DNA from: Callorhinchus milii
Taxonomy: Eukaryota
Direction: 5' to 3'
DNA length: 64,000 nt
NCBI RefSeq assembly: GCF_018977255.1
Contig: NW_024704742.1
Location: forward strand, 113,462,001 to 113,526,000
This document shows, in pieces, positions 37,301 through 52,342 of the stretch (positions are counted from its first letter, which is position 1; every line of letters starts with the position of its first letter). The notes under the pieces are model-generated. The model did not search any database, was not told where the DNA came from, and saw only the letters and a list, made by a program, of their open reading frames with translations. The translations under genes were made by a program, and so were the position numbers.

Positions 37301-39671
37301 TGCATGAATTGAGCTGGTGGATCAGGAAGGTGGGCGGTGGGCAGAAGATGGGTCTGGAATTACTTACAGGGAGGTAATTGCCTGCAGCTAGTTGACCAAC
37401 AGTAATTGGCTTAGTTCTGCGAGGAAAGATTACATTTTTAACTAATAAAAGAAGAAATTATTACTGACGACTGACCCAATTGCTTTATTAGTGCACATAC
37501 TAAAAACTCCAGGAACTTTATGTGATCTGGCTTCAAGCAGGAATTTCTAATTGACACCTGGGTTGAATTATCTCTCAACCTGTGAAACTTCGGATGCAGC
37601 GCTCACTGCTGCTGTTTGAGCTGCCACAATCGCAACCACTTCAAAGCCCTAACCCCAGAACTCCTGGATACTATTCCTTTTGTAGCTCTGAGCCATGAAA
37701 AAGAAAAGCCCGCTTCTTTTAGTCGATTAACCAGAGGAGTCATGTGGAAATTTACACTAATTCCAACCTCCTCAAGCATGAAAATGTAACCACACTCCAG
37801 TGGAAGGCAAACCTAGGGCACAAAAGTAGTTACTCAGTCCGCTGACCCACGCAGCCCCTAAAGCAATCACTGGCTGCTCTGCAGGGTTCCTGCCTAGTCC
37901 CCTCCTCCACCCCGGCTGCCTTGCAATCATCAGGTTGCATCTGTTGAATGAAGCATTCTTAGGTTTTACTGTGAAGTCAACGTTTCTTCTAAAAGTCATT
38001 CATGAGGCTTACATTGGAAAGAATGGCACAGGGACATGGGAGGAAGTGTTCTTACCTTTGGGATAGTTTTATTTTGAAAACTGAGATCATTACTTCAGCG
38101 GTATATCCAGAATCAGAAAGTTCCAAACCTTTCACATATTGTATCTATTGTTTGCTACACAATCATTTAAATGGGCACTCTACAAGTGTCTTTTTCTTTT
38201 GTTTTGAGATTGGGTGTCCTATCGTCGTGTACAGTGAAAGAATGTAATGGACATTGTGAACCTCTCGCTCTCAACTGATACAGTTCCTCCTTCTCGCTAC
38301 CTATGTTGTTTGAACCGTGCCTCTTTGACTGCATTTTCCCTCCCCACCTCCCACACACCCCATTCCTAGCACTGATGCCCATCGAGCATTGGTAAGCACT
38401 TTCAGGCATCCTCTCGATCTTAAAGGCACTATATAAATGTAAATTGTATTGTATGTAACTTGCATTGGCGGGATGAGTTGTGATCTTGCAAATATGACCT
38501 ATTTTTCCAATTGCAATACCTTAATACTTCCCATGGCTGTGATCAGCAAACTCAACACAGCAGGATTCAAACCTGAGAGCGTACATTATTTAAATTACAC
38601 CAGATAGGTCTGAGCCCTGACGAAAGTGGAATTCCCAAGTCTCTGACCAACACGTTACATCTCTACGAGTTTTAATTCTCACAGAGAAATGTTGCTAGCG
38701 TTGCTACTGAATACATATATTTGATGCAGTAACTGCAGTGTCACCAACAGCAAAGGATAATAATCCTTGCATACCTTATGTAAGAAGTATTGTCCTTCGG
38801 GTGAGATATTAAACCTGACTGCCTGTTCAGGTGGAAGATAAACTTCCCACAGCAGCATTTGAAAAGAGAAGGGAGTTTCTCTCAATGTCCTGGCCAACAA
38901 CCCCCTAAATAAAATTGGTCATTTACTTGAGAGTTGTTTGTGGGGTATTGATGAGGGCAAATTGACTTCTGCATCGTTCACCTGAAAGTACAAAGTCACT
39001 CTACTTTACAATATATCCTATGAAGCGCTTTGAGACGTTCCCTGACATGAAAGGTACTGTATCAAATGCAAGGATTATTATTATTGATAATATTAGGAGG
39101 CAGGAAGAAAATTCAGAGAAAGAGAGCGAGGGAAAGAAACATCAGAAAGAAAAACAATGCGGTGAAAAACATTGACATTCAAGGCAACATATCATAATTA
39201 TCACCAGGGATAATTGTGACAAATTGCCATTGCTGAAACTTACCATCCATTGAGGTTCCACAGGTTTTGGAGGCAGCCCATCTCCCACTTTCAGCAAAGA
39301 TATTAACCAAAATTTATTTTCAAGTTATGTTCCCAAACTATTAGAATCACATCCAATGGAAGTCGATTCTTTTCCATGACTTGGAGCCAACTTTTGAGTG
39401 CTGCCTCACAGCATCCCGGTTGAGCTAAACTAGTTGTCCAATTTTTAGCTAGACAGAATATCTATCCTCCATCGGAAAAAAACATGGGAACGTCAAAATC
39501 CTGAAACCCAATTATTGTGCCGAATTCCAAGGGAGTTCTGTCATTAACAAGGGAGAGGGTGGCTGAAGCCTCAGTAGAGAAAGAGAAGATAAAATACTCA
39601 GGTATAGAACAGAGGGAGAAAAAAACAAAATCCACAAACTGAGAAGTTTAAAATAACTTATTACACTATAA

Positions 39672-39805
39672 CAAAAAGAGAGCTGGGAATACTCAGCAGG
39701 TCAGGCAGCATCTTTAGAGAAAGGAAAGTGAGTCAACATTTTGGGTCCACGACCCTTCGTCAGAACGGATTCAGATTTCAGATTCCAGCATCTGCAGTAT
39801 TTTGA
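39672..39805. mobile_element. Short non-autonomous Penelope-like repeat with a decayed hammerhead core
   Basis: GCTGGGAATACTCAGCAGGTCAGGCAGCATC...GACCCTTCGTCAG, shared with 58129-58261. Related pieces near 9465 and 46075-46180. Family assignment is from recall. Confidence 0.6.
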
Positions 39806-42319
39806 CTTATGGACACCATGTTTGTTGCCACTTTTATTTTGCTACTTCCTCCCTGCTTACGTTGTGGTGAATTTGGGGAGGCAGAGCTCGCAAACTCAAG
39901 GACTGAGCACTGCTCACTGGCCTCCCACCACTAGTGCCATTCATAAAGAATGAAAACAGCTGACAAGATAGTAAGCTCTGTTCTATCATTAACATGGGAG
40001 AGATGGGAGAGCAGTCATGAGAGTAAGTCTGAAAGTGCTCAGTTATCAATAAGCGCTCAAGTCCAGGCAAAACCCACACAAGAATGACTGTGCCAGCACG
40101 CGGCTAAATTAATTTCTCTGCCCTCAATAAATCTCCTGAGACTCCCTGCTTGTTAATGTCCCTGAAGTTCCTGTTTGAAAGTTGGATGGTAAATTTTTCC
40201 TGCACCATTGGAACAAACCCACAACATAACGCTGAGTCCATTAACTCCTTAAAGAGAAGAGCTGCATAACTATTTGGTATGGAATTGAAGGTTGCAGAGA
40301 AGGGGCATATGATAAATTAACTCCATAAAACACAAAGGTATCTGTGTTGTTGGGATCAGGAAAATATTACTTGTGAGAAAAGAACCAGCCTGTGTTAAAT
40401 AATGAAAGAATGAGATTAGAGAAAGTAGCTCCAGTGTAATAATAATAATCCTTGCAAACTTTATGTAAGAACATAACAAATAATACCCCAATGTAGGATT
40501 GAATGATGAGTTCAACAGTCTTCTCTTGTACTGTAATTTAAATGATTCCAATATATTATAATTATAATAATAATCTTTGCAATTAGTTTTTGCCTTTCAT
40601 GTCAGGAAGATGTCTCAAAATGCTTCACAGGATACTGTGAACTGGAGCGACTGTATTTGTAGGCAAACTGCAGCAGCTCAGTTGCACTCAGTCCCGCAAA
40701 CAGTCATGAAACAAATGACCGATTTTATTTGGGAGAATGACCGATTTTATTTGGGAGATTGTTGGCATTCTTATCAGGCCAGAATAAATACACTGATTTT
40801 TTGTTCAATTACCTTCAGAGATCAAGGATTAGTTTGTTGAACCAGGGTATACAGGTTGCCCATGATCAAATAAAATAATCCTTGCATTTGATATAGCATC
40901 TTTCAGGTCAGGAAGACATCTCAAAACATTTCACAGGCTTTGCTGTAAAGTATAATGAATGCATATTTTTTTGGTGATGCAGCAGCCAATGTATACAAAC
41001 CAATCTCCCACAAAAGCAACTTGCATTTATATAGCACTCCTCACACAGGGTAGTGGTAGCATTTCAGACCACTTAAATGGTCATGCAGCAATTTATAATT
41101 TTATTTGGGGAATTCATGACCAGGTCACTGGGAGAAACTCCCTTCTCTTTTCAAAAAATGCCATGGGGTCTTTAATGTTCACCCGAAAAGGCAGACTGGA
41201 CCTCAGTTCAACATGTCACTCAAAATGCAGCATAGCCTCATAGTATTGCAGTGTCAGCCTACATCATGAGTACTGACGTGTGAATATCAAAGTCAAAATT
41301 TTCTGACACGGAGGTGAGAGTGTTATCGACTGATTCAGGATGGTGGAATAGATTTTATGGGACAAATGATCTTTTCTCATTCATGCTTAAAACTGAATTC
41401 TCCTTTCATTAATTCTAAATTGACAGGTTACCAAAACAGCTACAGGGATAAAAAAAAAGGGCTCTTACTGAAAACAGTAGCAACGTCGACACCTCACTAC
41501 CAGTAAAAAGCGCTTTGCCATGTAAACTGCTTTTTCTGCACAGAAATCCCTGTACCTCACAATGACTAGTAAGTGTTTGCCTCTGGGATGATCATGAGTC
41601 AGGGGGCCGAGGGGTAACAAATAGAAAAGAAAGTTACAAAATGTGGAAACTACATTGAAAATGTTGGGACCACAGAAAATATATTGGATTTAGTAAACTC
41701 TACAGTTGCTACAACTTTGTTTTGCTAAGTCTTTATAATGAGATAGTTTATTATAAAAATGAGCTGAAAAGCTTGCTAAGGACGGGGTAGGTTAGGACAA
41801 CTTGCCAGATTAGACATGAAGATGCATATATTGAACTTTTGCTGCTACAGCAACAAAGCTCCAACCTGAATAATGCCCAGTTATCTATGCAGAGACATAG
41901 CCAAGAATAATACCCATTCTCCAATGTCAATTAATCAACAAGTAAGTGCCTCTCAGATCATTTGTACTGCTTCCGACAAAATAATTGGGCTATGCTACAT
42001 GAAGGCAGATGCACACAATTTAAACTGATTATTGCTACAGTATATGAAGCACTAAACCCAATAAAAACATTCTGTGATCAGAAACAAAGGAAACATATCT
42101 CTGATCTATCCCCAATACAGTATTAAGTCCACTTCCCAATCGTCTTGTCATTGGAAACCTTGAATTTATTGCCAGTTCACAGTAATAAAGAGAAATTATG
42201 CCATTGCTAATAGAAGATCTGGAATCAATAGCTGTTCTCTAAAAATGCATCAACACACCTGGACTAGAGGGAAAATCAATCACTCCTGCTAATCTCTATC
42301 CAGTGCTCCACATCTTATT

Positions 42320-42660
42320 TTGGGGTAAGAGGGTCCCCTTTAGGATGAACGGGCTCCTAGATGACATCCTTGACAACAGAATGTCATAATTGAGTTAACC
42401 CTCTGTGGCAACCTCAGTGTCTGCTTTCTGAGTCAGGTAAATCTCAGTACCTCAAAGGCACTGATCATGATAGACCAGACAGCCTGGCTTGTCGGCAGAA
42501 CTTGGGAGGGACACAACCTTTACTGGGGGCAAAAATTCTTCCCACTCATTTTCTTTTAACCTTGCAAGCCCAAACCCTAATAGGTAGAGTGGTGCAAGCT
42601 GAATAAGCCATGGGAAGCCAGACAGTTTGCTGTGGCAAGCTATGCGATTTTAGTTGGTTA
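42320..42660. repeat. Unclassified ~340-bp repeat; inverted relative of 58320-58665
   Basis: Collinear complementary blocks, e.g. CAACAGAATGTCA/TGACATTCTGTTG, CAGCCTGGCTT/AAGCCAGGCTG, GGCAAGCTATG/CATAGCTTGCC. Confidence 0.7.
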
Positions 42661-44559
42661 AACTCTATCAGTAGCCAATGCACAGTCTGCGATCCTAAAC
42701 CTTAGCTCCTACCAACTTTGTCAATAAAAAACTGCTTGAGGCGTAAGTGGATGTTCCCTCCATCCCTCATTCAAGACACGTCTCAAAACTTACATCTATG
42801 ACCACGCTTTCAGTCATCATTCCCTCCCTACTCTCCTTAGCTGCCACCTCTATCTTGGGTGCCCATCCAGCCCCGTTAGGGCTTTTTGAGGTGTCCTCGT
42901 GATGTGAAAGGCACTGTATAAATATACACTGTACTGTATTGTTATATTAAATGAATATACGATTGAGATTGTTCGTCAACATCCTCTCTCCCACAAGCTT
43001 CTTCCCTTCCCCCAGATTTGCTGAAACTTATAACGTTAACACATTATTAGTGGTCAGGTCAGCAAAGTACCAGAGGGTGCCCAGCATCCATAGAATTACA
43101 CCTAAACAGAGAGTCAATTCCTTCAGGAGAGATGGCGATGGGAGAAAATTTGGTAGAAAAAAGTTGGTATGAGTAAAATACCTTTAAACTGGAAAGACTA
43201 ACAGTAAATGAGCAGAGAAGAACCCTACAAACAAATCCTAGACAACTTGGAGAATATTGAGAATGTAATATTCTCTCAGGTTTGAATCATATTCACACCA
43301 CCTTAACTTCATGCTTGCAGTTTATTACATTATCTGCCACCGCCCCCCCCACCACCAGCAAATTATATCCTTATAATATAATTGTTATAGCAAGTTATCT
43401 TTTCATCAATGACCTGTAAAGTACTGCAATAAATAGCTTGTTACCCAGTAGTCTCCTACTGTGAGCAGAGCTAAATGGCAAAATCTGCCCCCAGCCACTG
43501 TGATACAATTAGTCTGCATTTAGGAATAAAAATACATTTGTTTAATTGGCTTCTGATGACAGCACAAAGGTAAAGTTTGGACCGTTCATGATAAACACCA
43601 TAAAACACAAAAGTTTGTGTTAAATCTAGTTTTAATTAGCAAATTTTTATTTTTTGTGCCTGTCAAAAATTAAGAGATGCACGACAGGAATAGCTGATGA
43701 AGGTTAACATTGTTAAATCACCTATAAATCCCTTCAGACCCTAGTACTTCCCTATCACTATGACGTTCTACCCCACTCTTCGGCTCACCCTCTCCTCTTG
43801 GCTAACTAAGGCCTACTGTGTGCCACTGCCTTTAGGTGCCACGATTGTTCCCAGTCACGCAGCCACATTTTGTATAAAAGATATGGCTTGATGCCGCTTA
43901 TATTCTCAGTTATTGCTGCAGCTAAGCGATTTACTGTGCTCGCAATTCTCCTACTAAGCTGATTCCATCAATCATTTTGGTTTGTCTAATAGTTGTTAAA
44001 AATTACATCCTGGCAAAGCTCATTTAAGATTAAGAATAACAGTTTGAACATTAAGTTAAGCTAAACAAACAGAATCATTCTCATTACGCATGCATCCCAG
44101 AATAAGTTTTGATAACATAGTGATCTGGATCCGTGCAATTGTTCAAAATCAGTTTAAAAATTTCAAACTACTTTGGGAAGCTATTCAACTTAACCATGTT
44201 GTTTGTTTTAAGAAAACTACAAGCCAGTTGGACTATGTCATTTTTAATCTTTTTCCAAATTCTTTTTCCAGAGCAAATAAGCTACAGAATAAAATGTGTT
44301 ATTTTGCTGATGGTCTTCCATGTGTTAATTAAGGCAAGGAATGGCTTAAGGGATACTGCAAATATTGTTCCAAATTTCTAAATCATTAACCTAGTGTTTC
44401 TGAATCAAATCCTAATGATTTGTAACCATTATCCAATCATTTTTTTCTTTACTTTGTTCTTTGGATCAGAAAACAGTTTCTTGAACAGATCCTTTTAAGG
44501 GAGGAGAAAATGAGCACCTTTTTTTAAGAAAAAAACTATTGCACTGTGCCACACTAGTC

Positions 44560-44835
44560 TGCTTCATGTGCCTACCCTGCCCACCCCATCATTGGGGTTG
44601 AGCCTTCAGCCAAACTGCCCCCACTCTCTGGAACTCCACCCAGACTCCCTTTGCCTTTCCTCCTTCAAGCTCCACTTTAAGACCTTCCTCTTTGACTGTA
44701 TCTTCAGTCATCTTTCCTCCCCCCCCCCCTTGGCCCCCACCCCTCCTGAATCCAATCCCAGCTCAAGTGCAAACTCTTGAATACTCAGTGCCTTGGGCCA
44801 CCCACCCACCCTATGTAAATGTAAATTTGTTATTT
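44560..44835 (+). mobile_element. L2 LINE 3' fragment
   Basis: SFKLHFKTFLFDCIF motif followed by a TATGTAAATGTAAATTTGTT tail. Confidence 0.65.
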
Positions 44836-46399
44836 TGCTGTAGGAGAGGTTTTTTTTTTGACACATTGCCGTTTATATTTACACTGATGTCAATAATAGT
44901 GACCTTTTTGCCTGTATCTTTAAAATATATAAAAACATAAAGAAAATAATTGCTATTTTGCAATCAACATAAACTGATTCAGCATTATGCACTGCTAAGT
45001 CCTGAGGCACAAGGATGATGCAGGCACAAAGCTTCCCTTAATGTCTTGGGAGAAAAGGAAGGATCCGATCCGTTTGTGCTTTTACTGATCTTGGTGGATG
45101 ATTGTGTTTTATTCCTCATCGTTTTGGAAATTTACTGACCTTGGCAATCAGAGCTTATAAGGGATTTTCCATCATAAAATCAGTAAATATACCAACTAGT
45201 GGAGAATACACAGTGTTTGCTCATCAAGGTCAGCTAATAGCTCCTCTCATCACAGACTCGGTCCAGTGAGCCTCAAATCAATTTTCAGAAAACTAGCAAT
45301 GTGAAACTAACTTTTCTTCCCATTCTCTTAAGACCTAATCAGAGGCAGAGTGGTCAAAAATGTACCAATCTCTTAACAGGACCCTTCTCCCAACCCACAG
45401 GGACTCCAGAATTACAAGATTCAGAAAGGAGTTCTCAATGGATTGCGGGATGCACGGACATTTGCCAGAAACAGATCTCTTATACAATCACTACACCTCA
45501 CAGTACAATCCAATTAAATGCTTTGCCATGTCTCAATGAAGTGACAAGGTGGTATACCAAATGCAAGAATTCTTATTATTATCTCAACTGTGCAACATGG
45601 GATGCCTTATTTGGAATGCCATTGGAAAGCTGATATCTTAAGAGACTCCAATATAAAGAGCCATATGTCAATGCTCTACTGTATTGTGCCAAGATTTAGC
45701 AAAGAACAAAAGAACTGCAACAGCTCGGTTTATTGGTAAATCAGGAGCATCAATGGACGCATTGTGACATTAGTGAGGAATACTTAGGTTCAGAAAATGG
45801 TCAAGAAAACTTGTCAGGACAAAGATTCAGCACTAAAATAAGAACATTCTAATTCTGATAGAGGCTTTCTGCTCTTGGAGGGGGAGATTAGAATCAAATG
45901 GTTAGAAAAAGAGTCACAATAAACCCGGATACTCAGCGCTAAGTGAAGCTTGAGCTAACACTTCGAGACATGCAGGGCAGGATCAGGTGAGAGAGCATGA
46001 CCCTGAGCTCAGGAGTATTGTAGGGATACAAAGTACCATAGTTCAGTCTGGTTTAACTATTGACCAACTGTTCTTTTCTACTCTTCCTTTCTCCATAGAT
46101 GCTACCTGACCTGATGAGTGTTCCCTGCAACTTCTCTTTTTGTTTCAGATTTCCAACATCTGCAGTATTTTGTGTTTTGTTCTTTTGTAGTTATTTAAGA
46201 AACAGGGCAAAATAAAATGGATAATTACTGAGTGCGATACTTGTTCATTTCCCTAAAGTGATTTTACTGACTTTCCTCAACTTCAGGTGTAGATTTAACT
46301 TTCAAAATATATTTTTTTGCCTCATACACATTTTATAGTTATAAGCACCCACCTCCATGGAACCCACTCACTTGGTTCAAGTCCTAATCAGGACCCACC

Positions 46400-46860
46400 A
46401 TCTTTACTTTGTCTCTTTCAATGGTTTCTCCTCTTGCAACGCATTGTCATAAGCAAAGTACCTCGGGACTCTATCCTAAGTTCCTTTCTTTTTGTTATCT
46501 ACATACTCCCTCTTGGTGACATACTCTGAGATATGGGGTTAACTTCCATTTGTATCCAGATGACATGAAATCTACTTTTCCATGTCTACTCTTGATTCCA
46601 GGACTACTGCTGTTCTCTCTGTCTGTCTGGTCAGACATTGGGTCGTGACTGAGCATCAACTTCCTGCAGTCTTACAGTCTTACAGATCTTATAAGATCCG
46701 ACTCGACTCACCCCCGCCCCCCCACCCCTCCAACACCTCTTTACTTCCACCTCCGACCTCCTCAGCCTCACCAAACCAGTCCACAATCTCGGTGTCCAGT
46801 TTGGCCCTCAACTCTCCTTTCTTTCTCATATTTAGTCTCTAACCAAGACTCCTTTTCTTC
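46400..46860 (+). mobile_element. Degraded L2 reverse transcriptase fragment
   Basis: KVPRDSILSSFLFVIYILPLGDIL-RYGVNFHLYPDD is a decayed form of GVPQGSxLGPxLF...YADD. Confidence 0.7.
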
Positions 46861-47754
46861 CCCTCCATCACATTTATCTCCTCCCCTGCTTCCGTCTCCT
46901 CGAACATTGTGTTCCTCCGGATCTCACACTATCACCTGCAGAGTACCTCAGTGACACTTAAAAGAGCAAAGACTTGAGACTTTTACTGGATATTTTTCCT
47001 CTTGTAGCCCAGGGTGGCTGAGGCCAATTGTAGCTAACCTGCAACAAATCCCACCCTGTGCTGAGATAAACCAATCATCATAGATCAACCTTTTGGGCAG
47101 AATGGTTTAGTGCTGGACAGCTTTATACCCACTAGCTTCCAAATATCTTTCTTTATCATCTTACCGAAACAGCAGGGTGTACAGAAAAATGGTTAAATTG
47201 AGATCCACATTTGAAATGCTAAAACTAATTAGCCAATTAAGTATTCAAAGCATGGCTGTACTAACACTCCTGTGCTCTAACTGTAAGTAACCAGCATAAT
47301 GAATAAACACATATACTGTATTTCCGTCTAGGAATAATGGATGGTTGGGTTCATGCTGAGTCGGTGGATCACCCTCGGGGAGCTTAGGATAATTCACACT
47401 ACTCAAGCGTAATGACTATGATCATAATTCTGCATGAATATACTTTTGTTATGGTTCCAATAAAAGTCCCAAGTCTTTGTTTTGCTCTTTTCAGGATGAA
47501 CTAATCCAAGTTAGAATGTAGTATCCATTTTCCTCTTTATAGAACAGTTTATCCTGTCCAGGTTTACATCACTGACTCCACGCAATGGAGATTTAGACAA
47601 AACGATTATTTTTGGCCAAAGTTGATCTTTTAATTATTCCAATAAAATCAGAATAAAGAACAAACTGAAAACAAAGACTGACGTGCGTAGGCACAAAACG
47701 CAATGCTTTTTATTTGGTCAGCGCGGGTAGCTGGCACACGCGGAAACCCTTCAC

Positions 47755-47930
47755 CAAGCTTAAAATCAAACCAGATTGAGAGCTCCACATTTGAATGGCA
47801 CCTACACATGGAAATTTCCGTGTACGTGGAATGGAATATGCACTCTCTTCCTGAAAGAACACACCCTGCTTAATTTTGGAAAGTATTATTCTCAGGTTGG
47901 TGAGAGCCAAGGCCTGGGGACTCGCAGAGT
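47755..47930. repeat. Unclassified interspersed repeat (also 58005-58128/58262-58320 in the same orientation and 63240-63410 inverted)
   Basis: Shared blocks CTACACATGGAAATT, GGAATGGAATATGCACTCTC and GAGAGCCAA. Confidence 0.65.
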
Positions 47931-50900
47931 GCGCTTTGCGGTAATGCTAGAATTTAACCAGCTAGAACCACATCGTTCCCTGCTCCCAATGACCAGTTTG
48001 CCCTTCCACGTCCTGCTTTTATCCTCAATAGGAATCAAGTTTTATCAATGTTAAGCCACCTTAGAGATGATCAAAAACTGAATCCAAAGAAGCCTTCAAA
48101 AAGCACTGTTCTGCAAAATCGCCTTTTTTTAAAGTGTTCTCCACAGTTCTCCCTTCATATACAATGTTATATAGCCCAAGCACTAGCCTACCCTGAACTT
48201 GCTCTTTCCTCTTCTAGTCTTTATCCTTCTCTGCCAACACTCTCCCTTCCCCAGCAACCAGAGAACAGAGCAAACATTAAGACACTAACAATCAAGCACT
48301 GCTCTACTTAGCTGATCATTGTCCTGGTTCCCTGTAGTGTTCCCATTGTATGCATTTCCAGGTTCTACAGACCGTGCCCAGGAGAAAGCAAAGTAATGTT
48401 GTCACCCAAGTGACATCGTCACAATTGGATTCACAGTCCAGGGTGACACTCTGGTGTACTAATGGGGCAGTTTGTACTGTCAGTGCCATCGTTCACGTCA
48501 GATATTAACCAGAATCCTTCAATTCTATTCAAAAAAGAAGGGAGTTTCTCTCAGCATCTTGGCCAACAAGCTTCATCTCCTAGCTGTTTTATGGGGCATT
48601 TCAATTGTAAATTGGTAGCCAGGTTCACCTACAAATAAACATTCACTGCAATTTTGTGAAATACTTTTGAGGCATTTTGAAAAAATTATGAGTGACCAAA
48701 ACTGCGACATTTTGCTTTTTGGTCTGATTAAAGGATTATTACTTGTTTATTTCACTGTATGTACCTTGTTCGCACAAGCCTACATCATTATTTTATATAA
48801 TACTTGCATTTAATATAACACTTTCTATGGTCAGGAGGATATCTCGAAGCACTTCACTTACTGTGAAGTTTAGTGTATTTTTAAGCAAATGCCACTGTAG
48901 GTGGGTGATACTTCCAATTTTTTTCCCCTTCTTCCTCTCCGTGAGACATTTGACCCCTTCCTTACTGGGAGAACCCTGCATTGTAAGCTCACTTATTTTG
49001 CTGAAAATGATTCCTGGAAACAAAGAGGTCGTGTAAAAACAGAGGATTTAAATGCGCCTCTTAAATCCCTCTTGTTTGGCACCACATTTCGAGTGGAACT
49101 GCTATATAAACGTGGTGTAGATAGATTGAAGAATTAAATTGTAGACTTCATTGGGAGTACAAATTTATGATGGTGCAGCATAAAAATTGAATAGAAGCAC
49201 TGTTCATATGGTTGGTTGTGTAATTGTTTGGCATCAATCTTGATACTGTTAAGTGAAATTTGAAGCCATTTCTTAGATTTAAATGATGTTAATTACTGTA
49301 TCGTAAAACAAATCAGTGGGTTGTTCTCCATCCAAATCCTTGGTGCATTCAAATTTTTAAATTCAACATTTATACTGCGTTTTTTTTAGGAGCAACATAT
49401 AACAATAGGATACAGTGCCTTTCACTTAGGGAAATGTCTTGCAGAGTGAACAGAAACAGTGCTGGACACTGAGCAGGAGGAGTAGGAGAATGGGGAGGAA
49501 AGAGGTACAATAGGAGTGATTGAAAAGGCAGGGTTTCAAGCAGCTTTTAAAGACCAGTAATAATAATAGGCCTTGAATTTAATATGGCACCTTATCACTT
49601 TGTCTTAAAGTAGTTCAGAGAATTAACGTAAAGGGTAGTGACAATTTGTTGGTGAATGCGGCAGTCAATTTGCACACAGCAGTGTCCCACAAACAGCTAT
49701 GCAGTGACTGACCAATTTTGTCTGGATTGTTTTTCAGGACATAGAGAGGCTGAGGAATTTATGGGGGAATTCAAAGCCTTTGAAGACTATATATAAAGCA
49801 ACATATTTTATATTATACACTTAATATCTGCAGCGTTTGCCCAGAGTTGCACAATCACTCCACTTCACAGAAACTTTGTAAAGCACTTTCAGACATTCTC
49901 AGCATTATAATGATCCTTGCACGAGATATTGCGCCTTATCACATCATTGAGATGTCCCAAAGCGCTTCACAGGATATACTGTAAAGTGATGAAACTGTGT
50001 GTATTTTATGGGTTATTATTGGCACTAACTCGCATGCGAGTATTATTATCATAATAAGATAGAACTATGAGGCTAAAGGCATATTTTTTTTCCATTAAAT
50101 AAGGCTGAAGTAACAACAGTCTGAGACACTGCTCCTACCAAGAGCTGAGGATTTAAAAGGATAAATAAATGTAATCCCTTTCTACAAACTTAAGATCAGA
50201 CCAAAAAATTATGGGATTTTATACATTATCTGATCTATCTTGTCTCAGTTTAATAATAGTGGGAATAATATTGGTTATCTTCCTTACTTACATTCTTTTT
50301 CCCTTTCTCTTACGTACTGTCCAACTCTTAAGATGTAATACAATTCCAAAAAAAGTGTAGATGGTCTGGTAACATTTAAGAAAGCCACTTAAGTTAATAG
50401 AACCTTGGCTGCTCTTATAGTTCAGATAGAATCCATGATGCTGCCACATCCAACAAGCTTGGCCCTTTTTGACTTTTGTTGAATAGTAACTAATAACGTG
50501 GACATAGATCCTTAAAGACAGATGGTGTGTGGGTGGTATGGCAGATGTGCAGTATGCCATTAGGAACTGGTAAAGAAATAAAAGCAACTGGAAGTAAAAG
50601 GCACTCATTAGAAAGAATGTAGGAGATGATGTTAAATAGAACAATACTTAAGAATCCAGATTTCCAAGTGTCCTTGAAACTTACTTAATTTTCTGGCAAC
50701 TACCGATTGGATCATTGTACTTGTACTTACTTTTTAAGATGTTGCTCTGTATATAGAAATTTATAGCGTTCAGCCCATTGAGTCTGCACTGGATCTCAGA
50801 GCAAGTTGCATTTTCAAACCCATTATCCTGCCCTATCCCTATGTTTCTCTACCTCTTCCCTCTTCAAAGCCACAACAGACTCTGCCTTTACCACTTTACT

Positions 50901-51202
50901 TGGCAGGGCATTCAACATCTGAACAACTTTCTGAGTGAGAAAACATCTCCCAGCATTTCTCCCATCCTTTTCGACAACCCCCCAATCTTAACAACAACAA
51001 CAAAATTACATTTGTAAAGCACCTTTCACATTAGGAGGACGGCCTGAGGTGCTGAACAGTCAGGGATGAGTTAATATATGTGACATCAGAATTGTGACAT
51101 CTATTAGGTATTGTCACATTTCACTCTTAAAATCTGTGCTGAAAAGTCTGTTAAAGGTACTCAGCGTTCTCTCGTTGGATGAAATTTGATGCTATTTCCA
51201 AA

Positions 51203-51513
51203 AATAATAATAATCCTTGCATTTGATATAGCGCTTTTCGTGTCTTCTAGACGTCTCAAAGTGCTTCACAGAATATACTGTAAAGTGAATTGACTGTATT
51301 TGTGGGTGAAATGCGGCAGCCAATTGTGCACAGCAGAGTCCCACAAACAGTTGTGGATTGAAGTGATCAATTTATTATTGTTTTGTTTTTTGGAGGGATT
51401 ATTATTAGGTGTGTGGAGTGAGGAAACTTGCCCAATGTTTCGCCCTACCGGGAATCGAACCCAGGTCTCTCGCTTGAGAGGCGAGTGCTCTGACCACTGA
51501 GCTTCAAGACTCC
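51203..51513 (-). mobile_element. Young tRNA-derived SINE, opposite orientation to the other young copies
   Basis: Reverse complement of the 11708 family along its full length, with an intact B-box GGTTCGATTCCC. Confidence 0.9.
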
Positions 51514-52342
51514 AATGCATTCTAATGAGGGATTGAAGGTTAAACATATTTCTGAATATCATTGAATGATCATTAAGGGATTAAAGCATTCTTCCAGATC
51601 CTTTCGGGCATGTTCAGAAAGGCAAGTACACAATGACGACAACTTAAGATTACAGATGAAGTTCTTAATACTCATTTTTAATGCTGATATAAATTAAATA
51701 TAACAAATGCACAACACTATGGCTAAAGATAGTAGAGGTGGGGATTTGACATACAGCCTCGTGAGAAGCCCAAGCATTTGGCAAAATGAATATGTACCAT
51801 TCTACCAACATAGTACTATCTACTAACATTGCTGCAATTTGAAGGATTGTTTTCAGTTCAACAACAACTTGCATTTATATTAGTGCTCTTCGTGTAGGGC
51901 AATGTCTCACAGAGCACTTCACGGGGTCAGGATAGACACCAAGCAAGGGAGAGGGGGAGAGGGAAGAGAAGGAGGGGGGGGAAAGGGAGGTCAACATGCT
52001 ACCTTTAAACAACTGATAGCAAAACAACCAGGCAATTCCCACAACAATCACGTCTGCTTGTACGGTGCACAGGATAACTTCCAAACAACAAGGCCATGCT
52101 AACAAACAGCATCTGCACGATGATCTTGATAAAATTTCTTTTCAACAGCCTTCGGCTTATATTATGTAGCTCAGATGACACTTTCCATCCATATACTCTT
52201 GGTTAAGTCATCTGAGAATCTGGATAGTCATTCTTGGCAATCACTACTTGAAACAACTAACTTTCAAGTAAAACAGAAAATAGCCCAAACGGAAAGAGAA
52301 TACATTTTTAAAAGAATTTATATATGTATTAAAAAAACTTAC

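Noticed and set aside
40715..40758. 22-bp exact tandem duplication ATGACCGATTTTATTTGGGAGA
   Set aside because: Simple slippage inside a decayed SINE; two adjacent units with no spacer, so not array-like.
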